This document shows positions 16,473 through 25,698 of a stretch of 64,000 bases of DNA, piece after piece. A program made the translations under genes and the position numbers. Position 1 is the first letter of the stretch; each line of letters opens with the position of its first letter. The notes under the pieces were generated by a model, which saw only the letters and a program-made list of their open reading frames with translations, ran no database searches and was not told where the DNA came from. Source of the DNA: an uncultured Candidatus Saccharibacteria bacterium (lineage in GTDB: Bacteria > Patescibacteriota > Minisyncoccia > Minisyncoccales > GWA2-38-27); NCBI GenBank assembly GCA_964583485.1, contig CAZOVC010000001.1:347-64346 (forward strand), in the 5' to 3' direction.

Positions 16473-17411
16473 TTATTTTTCCGGACATTTCATTAAATAT
16501 TCAAGAACTTCGTCCAAATTAGCCGTAGCTAAAGCAACTACATCATCGTTACCTCCGTAATACATTCTTAGTTCATTGCCCTTAACTACAGCACCGCATG
16601 AAAAAACAATCCCATCTCTTCCTCCTTCATAATCTTTCGCGGGTCCAAAAATCCAACCCTCACTACGTCGCTTTACATCAAGACTATCCAGATCTAATAG
16701 AACCAAACCAAGACGATAAATGAGCCTTGCTGCTTTTCCTCCTGAACCATGATAAATAATAAGCCAACCTTTTTTGGTTTCAATAGGTGGAGGGCCCAAT
16801 CCCACTCTGTAATTATCCCAACCCCATGGTCTGGGAAAAAACAATGGTTTATCTTTGCCCCAAAATTTTAAATCTGGTGAAAAGGAAACACAGACATAAC
16901 TTCCCTGTTTAGAATCCTCTGGCCTATTTATAAGGGCAAAGTGACCATTAATTTTTCTAGGGAATAAGGCAGCGTTTTTGTTATTGGGCTCTAGTGGTTG
17001 AGCCACTCGCTCAAAACTAGAAAAAGACGAGGTGTTAAAAAGAGAAATGCCGGGGGGGTTACCTCTATAGTTTGCTCGGAAAGAAGTACAAGCACATATA
17101 AATATGTTTTCTTCTTCCAACCAAGTAATTCTTGCGTCCTCTAGCCCTAACCTAAACTCATTAAAGTTTATATTTGCTTCCAGGGTTGGCTTAGAATCAA
17201 TCTGCCAGTTCGTTTTCCCATCATCACTTTTAGCCAAAGTTAAATGCGAACGATTTGTATTATCTACAACTCGCACTAAAAGTACTGTTTTGCCATTCTC
17301 GTCTTCTGCTGCGGCTGAATTAAAAACCTGCTCCGCTGGATAGTGCCACATATCTGGCGTCAAAATCGGATTTTCTTTCTCGCAACGCGTAAAGAGCTCT
17401 TTCTCTCTCAT
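16473..17411 (-). CDS. GH130-like glycosidase/phosphorylase (DUF377-type beta-propeller)
   Basis: NPILTP...VFNSAA...LAKSDDGKTNW pattern typical of GH130. Tentative. Confidence 0.55.
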   Translation of the reverse strand: MREKELFTRCEKENPILTPDMWHYPAEQVFNSAAAEDENGKTVLLVRVVDNTNRSHLTLAKSDDGKTNWQIDSKPTLEANINFNEFRLGLEDARITWLEEENIFICACTSFRANYRGNPPGISLFNTSSFSSFERVAQPLEPNNKNAALFPRKINGHFALINRPEDSKQGSYVCVSFSPDLKFWGKDKPLFFPRPWGWDNYRVGLGPPPIETKKGWLIIYHGSGGKAARLIYRLGLVLLDLDSLDVKRRSEGWIFGPAKDYEGGRDGIVFSCGAVVKGNELRMYYGGNDDVVALATANLDEVLEYLMKCPEK

Positions 17412-17499
17412 TTTTCCACTCCTTGAAATATAGTGTTAAAGAACTATCATATTCACGATATATTCTATTTTACTCATTTTCCCAAAAAAGTCAATATCA

Positions 17500-17565
17500 G
17501 GGAGATTATTGGGAGATTATTGGGAGATTATTGGGAGACCTTATTGGGAGACCGGGTCTCCCAAT
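17500..17565. repeat. Tandem half-site array ending in a REP-like palindrome
   Basis: GGGAGATTATT x3, then GGGAGACCTTATT, then the 23-nt palindrome ATTGGGAGACC-G-GGTCTCCCAAT (17543-17565). Confidence 0.85.
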
Positions 17566-17568
17566 GCC

Positions 17569-18273
17569 TTATTCTAAAAACAAATTAGAAAATTTTGCGA
17601 TTTCTTTTTTGTGTTCTATCCAATCTTTAATAAAATCTTCACATCCTTGCTTTCCGCCTATTATTTTTAATATAAATTCTCTTTTGGTAACAGAAGGAAA
17701 ATTATTTTTATCAATATAATCGAGATAACTTGACCATTTGTAGTTTTCCAAGAATTCAATAACTTCTTCTGGATTTTTAATTCCTAATTCTTTCCATTTC
17801 GGCTCTATTAAAGATATAGGGTTGGTATGGATATAAGTAAAAACAACTTTTAATTGACCTTCATTTTTAATATGAACCGCATGAAACCTATTCTGAAAGA
17901 CATATCCCTTTCGATTATATTTTCTATTAAAATATCCTCCATAACCAACGCCAACTTTTTGCATAAACTTAGTAATACCATTTTCCTTTATCTGTTTTAA
18001 TAAAAGATGAACATGATTCGGCATAAAACAGAATGCTAAAACATCTACTAAACATTCACGAGATTGGGAGATCGGGTCTCCCAATATTTTCTCTTTTTTG
18101 CGTTGTTGCCGCCTCAGCCATATTTCTACAGGTTTAGTATTGTTAAATTCATAAATAGAAAAAACGCCTCGATAATAATCGTCTACATCTTTAAAAATTA
18201 AATTATCATCAATACCTCTCAAAGTAATATGACAAACCTCACCATTTACAAATTGTTGTTTTCTGTACGGCAT
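17569..18273 (-). CDS. IS200/RAYT-like Y1 (HUH) transposase
   Basis: HUH motif PNHVHLLL, Tyr motif FTYIHTNP. Flanked by matching palindromes. Confidence 0.8.
   Translation of the reverse strand: MPYRKQQFVNGEVCHITLRGIDDNLIFKDVDDYYRGVFSIYEFNNTKPVEIWLRRQQRKKEKILGDPISQSRECLVDVLAFCFMPNHVHLLLKQIKENGITKFMQKVGVGYGGYFNRKYNRKGYVFQNRFHAVHIKNEGQLKVVFTYIHTNPISLIEPKWKELGIKNPEEVIEFLENYKWSSYLDYIDKNNFPSVTKREFILKIIGGKQGCEDFIKDWIEHKKEIAKFSNLFLE
18063..18085. repeat. REP-like palindrome inside the RAYT coding sequence
   Basis: ATTGGGAGATC-G-GGTCTCCCAAT, in-frame (encodes ILGDPISQ). Confidence 0.8.
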
Positions 18274-18287
18274 AATTAAGAAGCTGG

Positions 18288-18306
18288 TGGGAGACCCGGT
18301 CTCCCA
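18288..18306. repeat. REP-like palindrome upstream of the RAYT start
   Basis: TGGGAGACC-C-GGTCTCCCA, followed by ATATTT as in the internal copy. Confidence 0.8.
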
Positions 18307-18393
18307 ATATTTATTTTAGCATAAAAATATCATAAAAATAAAAAAGGCCGAGTTAAATTTCTCGGCCCATAGGACTCCATTATTATTGAGTCC

Positions 18394-18579
18394 TTATAAA
18401 TCTCCTTTCTTGATTGCCTCTTTGAAGGCATCAAACTCTTTCGGCGTAAACCCGACTTCGCCCGTCCCGTCAGAAACAATGATTCTTTTCTTATTTCCAG
18501 CCCCTTCTGACATTACATTGAGACAGGCGCCCGCTGCACACTCCCACAATGTTTTTCTTTTTTCTGTTTCTTTTCCCAT
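18394..18579 (-). CDS. Small protein, DUF397-like
   Basis: WECAAGACLNV...IIVSDGTGEVGFTPKEFDAFKEAIKKGDL loosely resembles DUF397. Confidence 0.3.
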   Translation of the reverse strand: MGKETEKRKTLWECAAGACLNVMSEGAGNKKRIIVSDGTGEVGFTPKEFDAFKEAIKKGDL

Positions 18580-18672
18580 TTTTTATTCCTTTCTTGTTTT
18601 TATTTTGTTCCGAAATGAACTAATTAATGAACTACTAATTTATCTATAGCAAATTATTAATAAAAAGTAAAA

Positions 18673-19260
18673 CTATTTTTTGTAAATAAAAATTTTAATC
18701 CCTCTGTCAAAGGTATTTAAACTTCTTCTTTCTTTAAAACCAGTACCGACCATTAATAAATTTAGATTCCCTTTTTTTATATAATCTCTAAAATTTTTAT
18801 AATGCCCTGAGAAAATTTCCTCTAAATGCATTAAAAATTTCCTTAATAATGGGCAATCAATAATGTATTCAATAATAATTAATTCGTTTGTGATTTTTGA
18901 TAATTTTTCCAGTATCTCAATTTGAGAACCGCTATCAAGAGAATGTAAAGTCATTGATAGTATTGCAATATCATATTTCTTGGTGATAATCTTGCCCAAA
19001 AATCTCGCGTCGGCTAACTCAAACTTTAAATTACTTAAATTTGTTTTCAAAATTTTCTTCTGGGTAAATTTTATATTTGATTTAGAAATATCAATCCCCA
19101 AGCCATAATTTATTTTTTTAGATAAAAGAAATAACAAACTACCTGTCCCGCAGCCAACATCTATAACAGAAGAATTTTTTGGAATTAGTCTAAATATTTC
19201 CTTTCTTATCGGAAGAAGATATTTATCAACAGTAATACTCTTAATTAATGAAGATATCAT
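18673..19260 (-). CDS. Class I SAM-dependent methyltransferase
   Basis: Motif I VIDVGCGTGSL. Confidence 0.75.
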   Translation of the reverse strand: MISSLIKSITVDKYLLPIRKEIFRLIPKNSSVIDVGCGTGSLLFLLSKKINYGLGIDISKSNIKFTQKKILKTNLSNLKFELADARFLGKIITKKYDIAILSMTLHSLDSGSQIEILEKLSKITNELIIIEYIIDCPLLRKFLMHLEEIFSGHYKNFRDYIKKGNLNLLMVGTGFKERRSLNTFDRGIKIFIYKK

Positions 19261-19267
19261 TTATGTT

Positions 19268-20461
19268 TTATTTTATATTTTTATATTCTTCTTTAACTAT
19301 TTCTCTATCATCCCATGGTATCTTTTTGCCGCCCTTGACGCACATCCAGGGCTCTGAACCTTTGCCAGTAATTACTACAACGTCTCCAGAACTAGCTGAT
19401 TGAACAGCTTTTTTGATTGCTTCTTTTCTATCCAATATTTTCTTAGCTTTTATATTTCCTGCAACTTGATTAATAATTTCCATTGGATTTTCATCATAAG
19501 GGTCTTCATTGGTAATTATAATTTCATCACAATGCCGAGCCGCTATTTTGCCTAAAACCGGCCTTTTCCATTTATCTCTTCCTCCTCCGCACGCGCCCAA
19601 GACACATATTAGTTTGTAGCTTTTGGTTTGTAGTTTGTAGTTTTTTAAAGTTTTATAAACTTGTTCAAGGGCTTCTGGCGTATGGGCGTAGTCCACCACA
19701 ACAGTAAATGGTTCTCTAACAATAGTCTCCATCCTGCCGGGAATTCCTTTTATTTTTTCTAAAGCTCTTTTGCAAATTTCCAAAGAAATCCCTTGAGACA
19801 TTGCAATTTTAGCTGCTGCTATAGCATTATATAAATTAAACTCGCCCAAAAGTTTTAGATCTTTTGGTAAAATCCCAGCGTCATTTATTCCATATTCTAT
19901 CTTTTTCTCAGCAGGATACTTTAAAAAATGCTCTGCATTTTTATCATCTATATTAATAATATGAATCTTTTTTGTTTGTTGAAAAAGTTTTGCCTTGGCT
20001 GCTTGGTACTTTTCAAAACTACCATGTGACTCAATATGCTCCGGGCTTAAATTAGTTAAAACAGCAACATCAAAATCAATAAATTTATGCCGATATTGTT
20101 TTATTCCTTCGGAAGTCACTTCTAAAATTACGTACTTACAATCTGCCCTTACTGCCTGTCTTAGAAATCTCTGAATTTTCATTCTTCCGGGCATTGTCAT
20201 TTTCAATTCATTCTCCCATTCTTTATCTCTAATTTTAAACTTAATAGAAGACATTGAAGCTGTTCTAAGTCCTGCCTCTTGAAAAATATTAGCGCATAAC
20301 TCCACTACTGTTGACTTCCCGCTAGTCCCAGTCACTCCAATAACTGTTAATTTCTTAGAAGAAAATCCATATAAAAAAGCTCCTATCAATGATAAAAAAT
20401 AATGATAAAAGCTTAATAAAAAATCGGGTATAATTTTCTTGATTAGATTTTTTAATCTCAT
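19268..20461 (-). CDS. Mur ligase family protein (MurE-like, short)
   Basis: P-loop GVTGTSGKST and DYAHTPEALE, which is typical of MurE. Confidence 0.7.
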   Translation of the reverse strand: MRLKNLIKKIIPDFLLSFYHYFLSLIGAFLYGFSSKKLTVIGVTGTSGKSTVVELCANIFQEAGLRTASMSSIKFKIRDKEWENELKMTMPGRMKIQRFLRQAVRADCKYVILEVTSEGIKQYRHKFIDFDVAVLTNLSPEHIESHGSFEKYQAAKAKLFQQTKKIHIINIDDKNAEHFLKYPAEKKIEYGINDAGILPKDLKLLGEFNLYNAIAAAKIAMSQGISLEICKRALEKIKGIPGRMETIVREPFTVVVDYAHTPEALEQVYKTLKNYKLQTKSYKLICVLGACGGGRDKWKRPVLGKIAARHCDEIIITNEDPYDENPMEIINQVAGNIKAKKILDRKEAIKKAVQSASSGDVVVITGKGSEPWMCVKGGKKIPWDDREIVKEEYKNIK

Positions 20462-21024
20462 CTTCCTAAAACTTTTAGAGCGGCTTTTATTCTTTCCTCT
20501 ACGTCCTTTATATCTTTAGAAGCTATTGCTAAAGCGTCTTTTGCTTGCTGCCGGGTAAAACCCAAATTAACAAGGCCTTCTTCTGCTTCGTCAATTTTCT
20601 TTGTTTTTTTCTCTTTAGAAATATCCTTAATTTTCCCTGTAAGCTCTAAAATAATCGTCATTGCTTTTTTTCTTCCTATCCCTGAAATTTCAGAAAATAA
20701 TGTTTCATCTTTAGATAAAATTCTTTCTTTAATACTTTCTAAAGATCCTAAAGAAGAAATTTCAAGGGCTGCTTTTGGGCCAACTCCGCGAATATTATCT
20801 AAAATCTCAAAGAATTCAAGCTCTTTATAATTTAAAAAACCGTAAAGATCCATTATGTTTTCTTTAACATTTAAAAAACAAAAAACTTTAACAATCTCGC
20901 CAATTTCTGGTAATTTAGTTAAGGTTTTTTTAGATAAAAAAACCTTATACCCCACTCCGTTGACGTCTAAAATAATAAACTTGTCTTTTTTTATAATAAT
21001 TTTGCCGTTTAAATAAGATATCAT
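20458..21024 (-). CDS. ruvA: Holliday junction branch migration protein RuvA
   Basis: MISYLNGKII...DVNGVGYKVF N-terminus and HhH repeats (GVGPKAA, GIGRKKA). Confidence 0.9.
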   Translation of the reverse strand: MISYLNGKIIIKKDKFIILDVNGVGYKVFLSKKTLTKLPEIGEIVKVFCFLNVKENIMDLYGFLNYKELEFFEILDNIRGVGPKAALEISSLGSLESIKERILSKDETLFSEISGIGRKKAMTIILELTGKIKDISKEKKTKKIDEAEEGLVNLGFTRQQAKDALAIASKDIKDVEERIKAALKVLGR

Positions 21025-21150
21025 ATTCTCTGCGAATTTACGTTGGATGCCTGCAGATAGACTCCCCGTAGGATTGCTTTTTACGAATATACAAATACTT
21101 TATTTATTGTATCATATTTAGATAAAAATCGCATTTTAATTTATTTTTAT

Positions 21151-21387
21151 ATGTTCAAACTAGTTTCAAAATTAAAGCCCGAAAGCGATCCCACACGACC
21201 CGCCAAAGTTTCTTCGGAAATTTAAGACGGGGGTACGGAACAAGAAGAAAAGGTAAGTCCTAAGTTTTGGGCAATTAAAAATATTAAACTTCTGAAAAAA
21301 CAAATGAGGGAAGCTGCTCACAACTTAGATTTTGAACGCGTAGTTGAAATCAGTGATTTGATTAAAAATTTTAAAAACCATAAATAA
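21151..21387 (+). pseudogene. uvrB: uvrB remnant: N-terminal ~24 codons joined in-frame to the C-terminal UVR domain, one internal TAA
   Basis: MFKLVSKLKPESD.. (UvrB N-terminus style), then LLKKQMREAAHNLDFERVVEISDLIKNFK (UVR motif). The whole helicase core is absent. Confidence 0.55.
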
Positions 21388-21412
21388 AAAAGGGGCGATC
21401 ACTCGCCCCCGA
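21385..21412 (-). terminator. Terminator after the radical SAM gene
   Basis: GGGGCGA-GTGA-TCGCCCC plus T6 on the minus strand. Confidence 0.7.
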
Positions 21413-21427
21413 AAACTCAAAAGAGTC

Positions 21428-22924
21428 TTACGCTTTTTGGATGCTTTCGGCAATCCTTTGGAAGTGGAATCCATAAATTTGGAGAGCCACGGCCTCAGAA
21501 AACGCTGGGCGATACTTGAAAAATGCCACCGCCAGCGTTTTCCAGTAGTAATAACTAATTGTGAATCTTCCAAAAAGCCCTATGCGCAATATTGAGATGA
21601 CAAACGCCTTTAAATCTGTTGCAGTATTTTTTTTCTTGATTCTTTTACTCGCATTATATTCCCTCAAGAAAACACAGATACGTTCATAATATTTCCTCGG
21701 GGAATAAATTGTTTCCACGATTCTCTTGTATCCTCGTACAAGAGTTTCAAGCGACATTCTTGGCTCAAAATTCGGGCGACAGTCTATGTTATTGCCCGAT
21801 GATTGCGCCAGCAGTCTATTTTCTTGCCGTAGTTTTTTGCACAATGGAGTTCCCTGCGGTGCCTGGAGTACTCCGACCATGGCAATAACAATTCCTGTTG
21901 CCTGAATAAAATTAATCATCAGGGTGTCAAAAGTGTCTGGCGGATCACTGTCAAATCCGACAATAAATCCCGACATCGGAACCAACCCGTGATTCTGAAT
22001 TATTTTGACACAAGCAACCATGTCGCGATTGACATTCTGTATTTTATTGCATTCAATAAGCGAAGCTTTATTCGACGTCTCTAATCCCAAAAAGACCTTC
22101 TTAAAGCCCGCTAAAACCATTGAATCCATAAGAATTGGGTCATCAACAAGAGTTATATCCACTTCTGCGGTAAAATCAAACGGATATCCGCGAAACTGCT
22201 GCCACTTAATTAATTCGGCCAGCATTTCTTTTATTTTCTTTTTGTCGCCGATAAAGTTATCATCAGCGACGAAAATAGCTCCTTTAAATCCTGTCTCATA
22301 AATTACATCTAGTTCGCGCAGAAATTGTTCCGTGGACTTTGTGCGTGTAATACGACCATTGTTTTTTGCTGTGTTACAGAATGTACACCCGTAAGGGCAA
22401 CCCCTGCAATACTGCACCAGCAGAGATGCGTAGTCTTTGGGGTTGATTAACTCCCATAAGGGAATCGGAGAAGTGGCAAGATTTGGGAAATTTTTAAACG
22501 AGTAGGTTTTTTTTGCTTCCCCTTTTTGTAAATCAGCCAAAAATTCAAGCAATGTGTCTTCTGCTTCTCCTATTAAAAAGTGGCTAACGTCGTCCGAAAA
22601 TTCGGCACACCCTGTTTCAAGAATCGGCCCGCCAAGAATTACCGGCTTGTGCAAGTTCTTGCAACGTGTGATAACCTCTTTTGCCGAATTTTTTTGGGTT
22701 AACATCGCGCCGATAAAAACGTAGTCTGCCCATTTAATATCTTCTTCTACAAGTTTCTGTATGCTTAGATCAACCAACTTTTTTTGCCATAATTTTGGCA
22801 ACATAGCAGCTACCGTAAGCAGTCCTAACGGAGGGAAAGCTGCTTTTTTACCAACAAACCTCACAACAGAATCCCAAAGCCAGAATGTCTGTAAAAACTG
22901 TGGGGAAACCAAGAGTATATTCAT
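21428..22924 (-). CDS. B12-binding-domain radical SAM protein (DUF4070-type C-terminus)
   Basis: CxxxCxxC cluster CRGCPYGCTFC and an N-terminal B12-binding-like domain. Visibly GC-richer than its neighbours. Confidence 0.8.
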   Translation of the reverse strand: MNILLVSPQFLQTFWLWDSVVRFVGKKAAFPPLGLLTVAAMLPKLWQKKLVDLSIQKLVEEDIKWADYVFIGAMLTQKNSAKEVITRCKNLHKPVILGGPILETGCAEFSDDVSHFLIGEAEDTLLEFLADLQKGEAKKTYSFKNFPNLATSPIPLWELINPKDYASLLVQYCRGCPYGCTFCNTAKNNGRITRTKSTEQFLRELDVIYETGFKGAIFVADDNFIGDKKKIKEMLAELIKWQQFRGYPFDFTAEVDITLVDDPILMDSMVLAGFKKVFLGLETSNKASLIECNKIQNVNRDMVACVKIIQNHGLVPMSGFIVGFDSDPPDTFDTLMINFIQATGIVIAMVGVLQAPQGTPLCKKLRQENRLLAQSSGNNIDCRPNFEPRMSLETLVRGYKRIVETIYSPRKYYERICVFLREYNASKRIKKKNTATDLKAFVISILRIGLFGRFTISYYYWKTLAVAFFKYRPAFSEAVALQIYGFHFQRIAESIQKA

Positions 22925-23141
22925 AACTATCTCCTATTCTTTTTTTGTTTAGTTAGGCGTTTTCAGTTAAGCGTTTATTTAGATGACAATGTGCAATATT
23001 ACACTATAACACAAGGCGTAACTATTGCAAAAATAATAATTATGTGATACACTAAATAAATTAAAAACTGAAGGCTAAAAAAGAAAAACGAGAATCAAAA
23101 GTTAAAAAACAATTTTTACTTTTTAATTTAGCAAAGCGAAT

Positions 23142-23402
23142 ATGCCAATAACAAAATCCGCTAAAAAAGCCCTTCGCCAGAGTGTTAAACGAAGAGATAG
23201 AAACCTTGTTTATAAAAAGAAAATGAAAGACCTAATAAAAAAGGTCAGGGGATTAGTTTTAGAGAAAAAAATAGAGGAGGCAAAAAAGCTTTTACCCCAG
23301 ATATATAAGATATTAGACAAAACAGCTAAGATTGGGGTAATCAAGAAAAATACAGCATCTAGAAAAAAATCAAGAATAACGAAATTAATAAACAAGGACT
23401 AA
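23142..23402 (+). CDS. rpsT: 30S ribosomal protein S20
   Basis: MPITKSAKKALRQSVKRRDRN... is a typical S20. Confidence 0.9.
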   Translation: MPITKSAKKALRQSVKRRDRNLVYKKKMKDLIKKVRGLVLEKKIEEAKKLLPQIYKILDKTAKIGVIKKNTASRKKSRITKLINKD

Positions 23403-24322
23403 ATTTCTGCAATTAATAAATCAAGCGCTATTTCAGGCTGTATCCGTCCGGTTTTAATATCGAGATCTTTCTTAAAGATTTTCTGATAGATTTTTTTTAA
23501 TTCTTGGAAAGTAAACTTCTGGGATTGATAATAACTTTTTTTAACAACAAAAGGATGAAGACCGCTTCTTTTCAAAATAATATTGTATGGTATCTGTTTT
23601 TCAATGAGGTCTTTAACCGCTAAAAGATTCCTGAATTGATAATTTATCATTGAAAGAAGATATAAAGGAGAATCACCCTTTTCTAAATGTTTATGAAGCA
23701 GGTTTAAGGCCTGCTTTTTATTTTTATCAGCTATAGCGTCAATGGTTTTAAATATGTCTGTTTCAATTTTTGACCTTACTAAAAGTTTAATATCTTCTGT
23801 TCTAACTGTTTTATTATTCTTAAAACTCGCCAGTTTTTTTATTTCATTGCTCATTTGCCAAAGGTCATTGCCAATATATTCAATAAGTTTTTCTAAAACC
23901 TCTGAATCTATCTTTGTTTCGTATTTATCAAATTCTTTTTTAATCCAAGTTTTTAATCTTTGACTTGTAAGGAACTTAAATTCTTGGGACTTGGCATTTT
24001 TTTTAAGAAATTTAAATAAAGAGTTGTTTTTATTAAAGTCGCCTTTTTGATAAATTAAAATTATATCTTCTGAAATTAAAAATTCTTTTTTACTTTGATA
24101 AAACTTTTCTTTAAAATCAGGATTTGCAAAAACATTAGTTACAACTGCCAACTTTTTTTCTTTGAACATTGATGTTTGTCTAATTCCATCTTTAAAATTA
24201 GTAAAATCATCAAAATATTTCAAATTCAACCCACTCTTGTGAATTTTCTTATACCTTTCAATTATCTCTTTCAGTTTCTCCTTCATCCTATATGTATCTT
24301 CGCCATAAAGAAAAATAATCAT
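23399..24322 (-). CDS. holA: DNA polymerase III delta subunit
   Basis: MIIFLYGEDTY start and the length and helical C-terminal pattern of HolA. Confidence 0.75.
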   Translation of the reverse strand: MIIFLYGEDTYRMKEKLKEIIERYKKIHKSGLNLKYFDDFTNFKDGIRQTSMFKEKKLAVVTNVFANPDFKEKFYQSKKEFLISEDIILIYQKGDFNKNNSLFKFLKKNAKSQEFKFLTSQRLKTWIKKEFDKYETKIDSEVLEKLIEYIGNDLWQMSNEIKKLASFKNNKTVRTEDIKLLVRSKIETDIFKTIDAIADKNKKQALNLLHKHLEKGDSPLYLLSMINYQFRNLLAVKDLIEKQIPYNIILKRSGLHPFVVKKSYYQSQKFTFQELKKIYQKIFKKDLDIKTGRIQPEIALDLLIAEI

Positions 24323-24432
24323 TGATTAGTTTATAGTTTATAATTTGTAGTTTGTAGTTTGACTGTTATTATTTTACTAAATTATAAAATAATTTCAATT
24401 TATAAATAAAAAAGGGGAATAAGATCCCCTTA

Positions 24433-24987
24433 TTAAATCTCCTTATTCCTCTTCCTTACTACTCTTAAAAGCTCCAGCAGTATAATATCTTTTCTCTTTT
24501 TTCCTCCGATTATTTTTCCTTCAACTATTTTCTCGCCCATCATAGTTAAATCAATCTGAACTTCTCTTGTGGTCATTCCTAATTCTCTGGCGATTTGTTT
24601 ATCAAACATACCCCGACAAAGGCACTGAAGCACGCCTATTAATCTTTGGCTTAGATTAAATTTTTTAGCTAACCAGCTTAATTCTTCTGAATTAAAAATA
24701 TCGTCTCTTTTCCTTATCGCCCTTACAATCATTAAAAATATGCTAAATTTGTCTCCATCTTTAAAGTTCCGAGCTATTAACTTCCAGTGAGCTCGAACTG
24801 TATGTCGGCTAATTTTTAACATCTCAGCGATTTGCTCGTCAAATACAGAACCAGAAGCATAACATTGGATTATATCTCTCTGCCGCGGAGTAAGCTTAAT
24901 CCTTGGTTCTTCCATCATTCTACTTAATTCTTTTTTGGTAAAAATACATTCGTTTTCAGACATTTTTATTTCTCCTTTACAATCCAT
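24433..24987 (-). CDS. Protein with two tandem LuxR/GerE-type HTH domains
   Basis: LTPRQRDIIQCYASG..IAEMLKISRHTV and LSQRLIGVLQCLCRG..IARELGMTTREV. Confidence 0.7.
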   Translation of the reverse strand: MDCKGEIKMSENECIFTKKELSRMMEEPRIKLTPRQRDIIQCYASGSVFDEQIAEMLKISRHTVRAHWKLIARNFKDGDKFSIFLMIVRAIRKRDDIFNSEELSWLAKKFNLSQRLIGVLQCLCRGMFDKQIARELGMTTREVQIDLTMMGEKIVEGKIIGGKKRKDIILLELLRVVRKRNKEI

Positions 24988-25189
24988 ATTTCCGAGCTAA
25001 AGAACTAATGTCGCAGATTAGCATACCCTCAGAAAAAATCAATTATTACGGATTTTCTTATTCTAAAAATAAAAGTTGAGGCCCGTCCTCGGAAATTTAA
25101 CATCTGTCCAAACACCAACAAAGATCCTTTATAGGACCTTTGTTTTCAAAGCTCTTGTTGTTGTTTCAACCTCTGGAAGCTCGGGCATA

Positions 25190-25558
25190 TTACTTCAAAA
25201 CTGCTCCAATCTTCTCAATGATTTCAGCTGGAGTAAAGTGGGCTTTAATCAAATAACCTGCCGCCCCCATTTTCAGCCCTTTTTCTATGTCATCTTTCTG
25301 TCCAAGGTTTGACAGAATAATTACGGGGACCTGAGCCGTATTCTGGTCTTTTTTCGTTCTTGCTAAAACCTCAAAACCATCTATTCCCGGCAAAATAAGG
25401 TCAAGTAAAACCAAATCAGGTTTTTCATCTTTAATACTTTTTATTCCTTTTTCTCCGTCTACTGCTTCAACAATATCATAACCTTCTTTTAGAAGTTTTT
25501 GACTAATGAGTTCCCGAAGAAATTTATCGTCTTCAATTATTAAAATTTTTTTAGCCAT
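25190..25558 (-). CDS. Single-domain response regulator (CheY-like receiver)
   Basis: KILIIEDD...DLVLLDLILPGIDG...SNLGQ..KGLKMGA. Confidence 0.85.
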   Translation of the reverse strand: MAKKILIIEDDKFLRELISQKLLKEGYDIVEAVDGEKGIKSIKDEKPDLVLLDLILPGIDGFEVLARTKKDQNTAQVPVIILSNLGQKDDIEKGLKMGAAGYLIKAHFTPAEIIEKIGAVLK

Positions 25559-25698
25559 ATCCTTATTTTATATCACTTATAAAATAAACGCAAACTGTTA
25601 ACCCCATTAGAAACACTCAGTATAAGTAATTCTATTATAATTATAATATATCTTTTGGTTTTATAAAATCCTGTTTTATCCACAGGTTTCTAACGGGG

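Noticed and set aside
17500-17565. CRISPR array
   Set aside because: The 11-13-bp units are directly adjacent with no spacers and merge into a REP-like palindrome next to a RAYT gene. I saw no repeat-spacer array anywhere in the window.
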